DNA of 64,000 bases from Eledone cirrhosa. Lineage: Eukaryota. The stretch is from positions 335,792,001 to 335,856,000 of the forward strand of contig OZ024742.1 in NCBI GenBank assembly GCA_964016885.1, in the 5' to 3' direction. The translations under genes were made by a program, and so were the position numbers. Shown here in pieces: positions 55,608-64,000 of the stretch. Under the pieces are notes generated by a model. That model was not told the DNA's origin. It worked only from the letters and a program-made list of their open reading frames with translations, and did not search any database. How positions within the stretch are numbered: the stretch's first letter is position 1; each line of letters starts with the position of its first letter.

Positions 55608-58050
55608 ATGCTGATCAAAGACCAACTCACTATGTCAACCAAGAACATACCAATACCATCCAAGAATACATATGAAAGATTATTGATCGACAGTGTAAAT
55701 TCCTTTATCAATAGAGTGAGATGGAGGACATTCCATTATGATAAAAACAAATCTAACAAGGTTAATAATACTAACAAATTTGACTCCTTCGGCTTTAAAA
55801 CCTTTAGAAGCCCCCCTCATAACACACTACTAAACTCCTTTGAAAATGACCTAATAAAACTAGTTAAGAACATTAAATACAAAAAGCACCGTAATAAAAA
55901 CAACACCCTCTTAAACAAACTTAACACCTCTATTAATGAATTCAAAACTAGTAATAAGATTATTGTACATGCAGACAAAACTAATAACATATACAGCCTA
56001 GATTATAACACTTATAGAAAGTTCATATGTAATGAACTACATAAAAGCTACAAGAAAACTACTATGAAAAACTTAGAAGATATTAATATGGAAGGCTATA
56101 ATATAGTGTCCAAACTAGAACTTCAGAGACATACACAACCATATACCCCAAACACCCCATAGATTCTCTCTGAAGGACCATAAGGAGGACTTCATTAGCA
56201 ACCCCTCGATTAGGCTTATCTGCCCTTCCAAGTCTGACATTAGCATTATCAGTAAGAAAATTTTAGACAAAATCATCCCACAGATTAAACACAGGATATA
56301 CCTTAAACAATGGGGAAATACGAGTGAAGTTATTGAATGGTTCAAAGATATCAAGGATAACAGGATTAAAAATTTATTCAATTTGATATCAATTCATACT
56401 ACACCTCTATTTCCCCTATCCTATTAAATAAGGCACTAATCATGGCCATGGACAATAGTGACCTGACTAGACCCCAGATTGATGTCATACTTGCGGCCCG
56501 TAAAATCCTAATCCCCTTTGAAGACCAATTATGGACCCGCAAAGATACGCAAAACAACTTCGACATAACCATGGGATCTATTGACTCGGCGCAGGTCACT
56601 GATTTGGTCGGCCTATATTTACTTAACGAAATCCATAAAGACCTTCCATACATCAACGGTGGTTTGTACCGCGATGATGCACTTCTACTTATAGACTATA
56701 AAAAATTCAATATAGAAAGAACTAGAAAACTATTGCACAAGACATTCAAAAACTATAACCTTAGTATCACCATGGACAAAAACACTAAAAACGTTAACTT
56801 CCTGGATGCCACCCTCTACCTAGACTCAAATATATATACACCTTTCCATAAACCTAACGAAAAACTCATTTACGTAGATACAAAGTCTAACCACCCTAGA
56901 TCAATATTAAACTCTATCTCTAAGGGAGTATCCAATAGAATCTCTAATCTATCATATGACATAAACATATTTAGCAAAAACTCGCAATATTATAACCAGG
57001 CATTAGCTAGATCAGGCCATAATATAGAGATCGAGTTCCTATCTACAAAAACACATAGCTACAACATTATTTCGTATGAGGAAATTTAGTAATAAGAATA
57101 GCAACCACACACACACTAATACGGTGGATGCCAACAAAAGTAACCCACACCACAGAAATTACCATAGTACCATAAAAGGAAACAACTCACCAGGCATAAA
57201 AAACAAAAATAGAAGAAATAATACATTTTTCAACGCTCCTTTCAATCTAAACGTCTCTACCAACCTACCTAGAGCTTTCTTCTCACTCCTAGATAAAAAC
57301 TTCCCATCTGGCCACAATGTACCATAGCCTTTTAAACAAAAACACCATTAAAATCTCCTACTCTACTACGCCTAACATAGCATACCACATAGCTAGTAGC
57401 AATAAAAGAAAAATTAATTCTTACTTCCAACAAACTAAATCACAACAAGCGATAAACCTTCATAACATTATATCAACTAACCCTAATAACAATAGTAATA
57501 ATAGTAATAGCACTAGTGTAAGCAATAACGCTGGGAACATCAACCCCGATAACTATAATCCTAAAGCTACCATCCGGACTTCTACACAACATAATAACCG
57601 GCAGACTAACGCCCAGAATAATTGTAACTGTAGATCAAATAGAACCTGCCCTTTAGATAAAAAATGCTTAATCAAGGATATAATATACTCATGCACCGTC
57701 ACAACTAGCAACTTTTCTGAAACATATATAGGCTCTACTTCAAACTGCTTCAAAACTAGATACAATTCGCACCTCCACTCTTTCAAAAAACACAGTCTAG
57801 CCAACTCCACTTCACTATCTAGCTACATACACTATCTAAAAACTAAAAATAAATCTTATACACTTAAATGGGAAGTGATAGGTAACGCGACATCGTACAA
57901 ACCACCTAATAAATTTTGTAACCTCTGTCTACTAGAGACCCAGACTATTATCTTCTCAAACCGTAACCTCCTTAATAAATATCAGAAGTGTTCGCATCTT
58001 GCCAGCACCGCTTCCGACACTCCTTCCAAAATTTTAAACCCAATATATAA
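55608..58050 (+). pseudogene. Frameshifted full-length Naiad-type RT/GIY-YIG ORF
   Basis: MSTKNIPIP N-terminus, YRDD catalytic motif, CxCx5C, GIY-YIG. Frameshifts near 56160, 57076, 57317 and 57978. Restored C-terminus ...SEVFASCQHRFRHSFQNFKPNI*. Confidence 0.92.
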
Positions 58051-59482
58051 CAATGTCAGACTTGAAACCGTCACCACCTCTAGCAACAAACCTCAAGGGC
58101 ACACCTTACACCACATCTCCACACTCAATGATCCACATTAACACAAATAGTGACTTCCTTCTAGAACATTTTACCCTAGAGTTATCCCCATGTACATCTG
58201 CTTTTGGTATAATTGCCTTCAATTACTTAGACTACATTACACTACTATATAATTAATGTAAACTTTAAACACTGAATGGGTTGTGCTAATGTTGTTCTGT
58301 GTATGGAGTGCCATCATTGGATAATTTATTGACATAAAAGAACTATATAACCTATATGCTGGGTACAATGAATTATGTACAAGTGATATATGAGTTGTAC
58401 ATACATGTATGACTTGATGGTCGGATTGGTGACATTGTAAGTGAGAATTAATTTATGGTCTACCCTAGTGATATTTAACTTTGCCATGCAATCAGTCATG
58501 CACTGACCCAGAGCTTACCGGGAGTTATATATAGAAGTGATTATAATAAAACCCTGCCAGGTTCTGCGGGTATACTACACTTACAAAGATCATTGATTTG
58601 AGGATCTGACTCTTCATGTAGAATATTCAGTTGTGGCACTCTATGATATAGGATAATCATCCTAATATGAACACCTTTAGTACTTCTTAATAGACTAGAC
58701 TGTAATTTAATGATAGGATACTTATACTTTGAAACTGTTTATAACCTATATGTTAGGGACTCATGTGTGACACCATTTATTGTACATTAGGATAATACAT
58801 TTTAGTTATAGAAATCAGCTAGTTACCTCCCCTCACGCATTAACTCCCCTTAACCACACACACACTTCCGGAAAATAATACGATGTTAAGCCTCGCAACA
58901 AAACCAACCTGCTCTATAATATTGGAATAAAGAACAACAAGCTGTAATATTCCAACCTAATTCATCAAGCATCCAATATTGAATCATCGTAGATTATGTG
59001 AAGGACATATAATCTATATATTACCTTTCCTGGATTGTGAAAATGGTGGGGCTATACGAAAAACCATAACACTGTTTTGCTTCTCATTCTTAAATATTTC
59101 TCTGCACACAAGCTTCTATATCATACATATAAAATACTATACAACCCCCATAATACTCTTGATTGCCCGCTTAAAGTGCTTATATTCCATATAACACATT
59201 TCCGCACTATAATCTTATATAAATAGGACACACGTGCATGCCCCACGTGTAACTAACGTCTTCTAACTATCCTCCTGCATCTTCTTCGTAAACTGCCAAT
59301 GTTGTATTATAACTTTAATTTTGTTGTAATTTTCTTTTAATATGACTTTAATCTTTGAATGTAAACTGCCATGCTTAAATATTATAATGGATGTCAACCC
59401 ACTGTGCATCAATACATACATATGTTTCTCTATGTCTCTTGTGTTGAAAAGGAGGTCATGTATGTAAACAATCATTGAAAAA

Positions 59483-59531
59483 TTGCTCCGAAACTCCAAA
59501 CCTCGGTTTGGAAGAAACAATTGTAAGCGAA
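59483..59531 (+). ncRNA. Hammerhead-shaped motif with aberrant core in the PLE 3' UTR (also 55311-55359 + and 50312-50360 -)
   Basis: ttgct CCGAAAC tccaaacc-tc-ggtttgga a GAAA caattg TA agcga. Confidence 0.5.
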
Positions 59532-59563
59532 TAAATGATTTGAACAGAACTTTGATTCATGTA

Positions 59564-59705
<142 letters not shown>

Positions 59706-59984
59706 GAAGTTGGAAATAGCCCGGAATATATATTTTAGGTTCTATTTTTCTTTTTTTTTTCCTTTCTTTGATTCGTCAAAGTGACATTAGATTCAGTGGC
59801 CGAGAGAGCTAATACGTAAAATTATAGCATGAAAAAAATGTATAATTGTTCTAGTCATGTGTGTTTTAATATTTATATATACGTATATATACACATATAT
59901 TGGTTTCTTATAATACGTATATACACATATATTGGAACATAACAACATACACAAACATATATTATATTATATACACAAACATAT

Positions 59985-60640
59985 ATTAATTAAAACATTT
60001 TGAAGACCCTGCACTATTATTTTAAAGTAGTGACTATGTCACTTACTTCTTTTTTTCAGCAAAGGAAGGGAGAGAAGCTGGGAGATCTGTTTCACACTGT
60101 TGGTGTTCCTCGTAGCAACGTACTCGCCGACCTCTGCCGAAAATTATAGAAGCTGGATTCTTATAGAATTCCAGTAATAATCAGTTACTGATTATACAGA
60201 GCGATTGCCGGTCAACCAAAAATAAAAAATTAGGATTGGTGCTCTTAAATAGCGATGTATACATGAATGTATGTATAGTATATTTGGTAATATATTGTAT
60301 GTTTAATTAAAAACATTTTGAAGACCTTCCGCTATTATTTTTAATTTTTGCTGGACCGACAATCGCTCTGTATAATCAGTTCCTGATTATTACTGGAATT
60401 CTATAATTTTCGGCAGAGGTCGGCGAGTACGTTGCTCTGATGAACACCAACAGTGTGAAACAGATCTGTCAGCTTCTCTCCCTTCCTTTGCTGAAAAAAA
60501 GAAGTAAGTGACATAGTCACTACTTTAAAATAATAGTACAAGGTCTTCAAAATGTTTTAATTAAACATACAGTATATTACCAAATATACTATACATACAT
60601 TCATGTATACATCGCTATTTCAGAGCACCAATCCTAATTT
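59985..60640. mobile_element. Non-autonomous HHR element: about 318-bp monomer with terminal redundancy plus an inverted copy
   Basis: taattaaaacattttgaagacc at about 59987 and 60304. 60343-60640 is inverted and reads through the monomer junction. A related fragment lies at 8468-8550. Confidence 0.8.
60434..60473 (+). ncRNA. Canonical-core minimal type I hammerhead
   Basis: gct CTGATGA acac-caaca-gtgt GAAA cagatctg TC agc. GUC site, palindromic stem III. The mirror copy at about 60076-60116 is decayed. Confidence 0.85.
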
Positions 60641-60974
60641 ATATATATATATATATATGTAAAAGGTAAACAGAAATAACAACCCAATCGGTACAGTATA
60701 TGGAAGGGATATATTAGGTCAATGCTTGATATAGCAGGAAGAGAGTTGACACATATTTACGACTTGAACAAATATTAATTTTTTTCCATGCTATATTTTA
60801 CGTATTAACTCTCGCGGCTGCTGAATCTACATATTTAGCATTTCAACAACACTAACGATAGAGATATCCGAAGGTAATCTCTCTGAGTCATTCTAAATAT
60901 GCACGTGTGGTTATAGTTGAATGGTTAATGGAAATAAATACGGAATACTGTATAACAGTAATGCCAGCACGTAG

Positions 60975-61330
60975 ATGAAGAATGGCCGAATGGTTAAGGA
61001 GTTCGCTTCGCAATCGTTGGGTGCCAGATTCGATCCCACCGCGTGGCATTTTGGGAAATGTCATATACTATAGCCTCGGGTTAAATCATACCTTGTTAGT
61101 AAAATTTGGTACCCGAAGACTGTTTGGAAGCCCGTCGAATTTGACTGTGCCTGTAATTCAAAGGGCCAGCCTTGTCACACAATCTATCACGCTTAATCTC
61201 CGTGAGCATTACATTAAGGGTACACGTGTCTGTGGGATGCCCTGTCACTTACACATAGATTTTGCGAACAGGCTGTGCCGTTGATCGAACAACTGGAACA
61301 TTCGTTGTTCAACTGACGGAAGTCAGTTCC
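60975..61330 (+). mobile_element. SINE with tRNA head, family C-like middle and family B 3' half
   Basis: tggccgaatggttaagg (A-box), gattcgatccc (B-box), aaagggccagccttgtcaca...ctgtgccgttgatcgaacaactgg. Confidence 0.7.
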
Positions 61331-61984
61331 TTTCTCTAAGGCCACCACTTATTCTCTCAGTCTTGTATTCCGTTAGTGTTGCTGGTTCACTTATAACCAT
61401 TTATTTTCCCCAAAGCACATGACTATGATTATTGTTTAGCGACACATCAGCTTCTAATGGGGCAGACTTATTATCAAAAGCATTCCAGTCAGGGTCGGCG
61501 CAACCTTTAAGGCCAAATAGGTTGCAGCCGATGATTTAGACATCATATAGGGCACATTACTTTATCTTAAAGGATCGCAGTTTTATACAAATTTGTATAA
61601 TAAAATGAAATGAAATATATAATTTCCTCCGATCAATACATAAACTGTTAAACATATTTGCTGTGTAGCAGCGTTGTTATGGAGAAGGTCCTATGATGTT
61701 ATGTCCTGTAACATTATTCGATATGGGTGGGGACCAAGTAATGGAAAATGCTTAGTCATTTTCTTAGTGTGTCCAAAGCAAGAAGTGTCAAATTGTAAGT
61801 TGAAATTTCTTTATTTGGGAGAACGTTGCGCCCATTGTTGGGTTATTCTAACAACGGCACATCACTGTAACTAGTGTTTAGCTACAGATTGGTTCTGGTT
61901 AAGCAAACCTATTATCAAAGGTGTTCCGGCCTTGACAATCCCATCGATTCGTAATTAGCTATGTTGAGCTGTGTGTGTATAAAA

Positions 61985-62240
61985 GGAACTGCCTTATCGT
62001 GGAATTAACGTGTAAGTGGCCGAGCATTCCACAGAGACGTGTACTTTTAACGTAGTTTTCAGGAAGATTAAGCGTGACACAGTGTGAGACAAGGCTGATC
62101 TTTTGGATTACAGATACAATTGATGATTTTCCAGTTGGAGCAACGTGAAATAAAGTGTCTTGCTCAAGGTCACAAAACGCCACCGAGTATCGAACTCATG
62201 ACCATACCATCGTGACCCTAACCATTAAGCCACATACCTT
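61985..62240 (-). mobile_element. SINE family B
   Basis: Similar to 41585-41925. Confidence 0.75.
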
Positions 62241-62514
62241 AACAAACATGTAGATGTAGCCTGACATTAACTTATGTTTCGCTCAAACGGAGCTAATCAA
62301 ATGGATTGTATGTATGTTTAGTTATTACTGAGCCATGATGTGGTTGGCTTACATTTTTGCTGATCCCCAATATTACAAACATCTCTTAATTATAATTGTG
62401 AATAACGATATTAATATTTATATCAATTACTATTAGTTTCATATCCTAGTCCCCTCAGTTTTATAGTTCTACATATTTTAACCTTTTCCTGCCTGTTAAC
62501 TTTAGTGTACACTG

Positions 62515-62740
62515 AATTGGCAAAATCGTTAGCGCGTAGGGTAGAATGCTTTCCGGCATTGTTCCGGCTTTCTGCCTTCTCCGTGTTCAACTCCCGCCGT
62601 GGTCAACTTTGCTTTTCATCCTTTTGAGTTGTGAGATTGAATCTTTTTCTTTCTCCTACTCCTTTCTCCTTCTTTGGAAGAAATCAGCTGTGTTCTGACC
62701 GAGAGAATGGGTGGGTTCTGCTATAGAACTCAGGTACAGT
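62515..62740 (+). mobile_element. SINE family A variant, alternative tail
   Basis: Head and core plus gaagaaatcagctgtgttctgacc tail. Confidence 0.6.
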
Positions 62741-62843
62741 AATGGGTAAGAAAAATTGTTATTTCCCGTAGGACAATATAAAATCAGGACACATTTTTAT
62801 AAGGTTTGGAATTTAGTAAAAAACATATACACGTTGAATAAAT

Positions 62844-62936
<93 letters not shown>

Positions 62937-63139
62937 TAGAGAGACAGCGAACTGAGACCCTGTTCGTTTTCAACACAATAACGATAAAGAGGAAGATGAG
63001 AAATATATATAAGCTAGATAGATAGATAGACACAGGTAGATAGATAAAAGATAAATATATAGCTATAGTTAGATAGATAGATATAGGTAGGCAGACAGAT
63101 AGAAAGGTAGACAAATAGATAGATGGATAGTTAGATAGA

Positions 63140-63447
63140 TTTCTTTATTTGCCACAAGGGCGCATAAGAAAAGGGGACAAAACAAAGACACATGCCGGGG
63201 ATTTTACATACAATTGTGTAAAAATATTGAAACAAACAAATTTAACAATCGAAATCTCCAATAGGCGGGAGGCGCCTCAAATAGGTTGTTTAATACCTCG
63301 TAGATAGAAAATCCCTCAACTTCAGGAGCGTGTTGTGCAAGTGCTCCTTTCTTCCTTTTGCTCGCTTCTTCAACCTACAGGTTTATATACAGAGAAGGCC
63401 ATTTTTGCCACATTCACCCGCCTTTCAGTAAATTTACTGGGGTGATA
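63140..63447 (-). mobile_element. Old 3'-terminal remnant of a Tx1 element related to 11590-14496
   Basis: tttctttatttgccac, ggaggcgcct, tcaggagc and gccacattcacccgcctttca align with 11590-11935; abuts (GATA)n. Confidence 0.8.
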
Positions 63448-63630
63448 GGGAGATAATGTGTGTCAAAATGATTGGTTAATGTTAATATAGGGATGCTAAT
63501 ATCGGTTAATTCTGTATCGCCCTGTCAAGGAAGTTCCGTTTCCCGAGAAATACTATGAAAGTTGACGTTAGAAACTATGTTGTATGGCGAGACTTTGACA
63601 AATTGGCTGGAAGTGATCTGAGGAAATTGG

Positions 63631-63631
<1 letters not shown>

Positions 63632-63716
<85 letters not shown>
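63632..63716. repeat. (GA)n microsatellite
   Basis: Direct reading. Confidence 0.95.
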
Positions 63717-63719
<3 letters not shown>

Positions 63720-63953
63720 TAGGTACGGGGAGAGAGAGAGAGAGAAAATAAGGAAACAGAGCGAGCAGAAGAGGAAATATAGAGAGATGAATGATTGAGA
63801 AGGAGAGAGACAACCAAAGAGAGGGATAAGGGAGAGGAAGAACGAGAGAAGGAGACGAGACAGAGGAGGATAATAGAGAGAGAGAGAGTGGGGAGACAAC
63901 TAGAAAGAGGTATGAGGGAGAGAGAAAAAGAGAGCATTGTTTAATAGAAAAGG

Positions 63954-64000
63954 TCACCAACCGACTACTACTTTTTCAAGCATTTCAAAAATGTCTAGCC
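63954..64000 (+). pseudogene. Mariner transposase fragment
   Basis: SPTDYYFFKHF. Confidence 0.55.

Overview
AT-rich, microsatellite-saturated animal DNA. The SINE families and repeat landscape suggest an octopus/cephalopod genome (inference). No host protein-coding exon, rRNA, tRNA gene or CRISPR array is supported, and nearly all short ORFs are microsatellite read-throughs. The main elements are: (i) a young, 5'-truncated Tx1-clade LINE with an intact 875-aa RT ORF inside a (GA)n/(GATA)n tract; (ii) a 9.5-kb Naiad-type Penelope-like element (PLE) composite with two inverted, frameshifted RT/GIY-YIG copies around a pseudo-LTR; (iii) remnants of RTE, CR1, Hero, CRE, mariner, hAT and Tigger-type elements plus many tRNA-derived SINEs; (iv) a 2.6-kb G/T-rich minisatellite with a 984-bp internal duplication. 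The most striking unannotated layer is about ten short non-coding elements, mostly set in (TA)n, each carrying a type I hammerhead ribozyme (HHR) motif read by eye. They often form foldbacks or circularly permuted monomers, and include a recurrent U3-A8 covariant core (UUGAAAA) and an HHR with a roughly 100-nt stem II. Coordinates of decayed elements are approximate, and all family assignments come from recalled motifs, not database searches.
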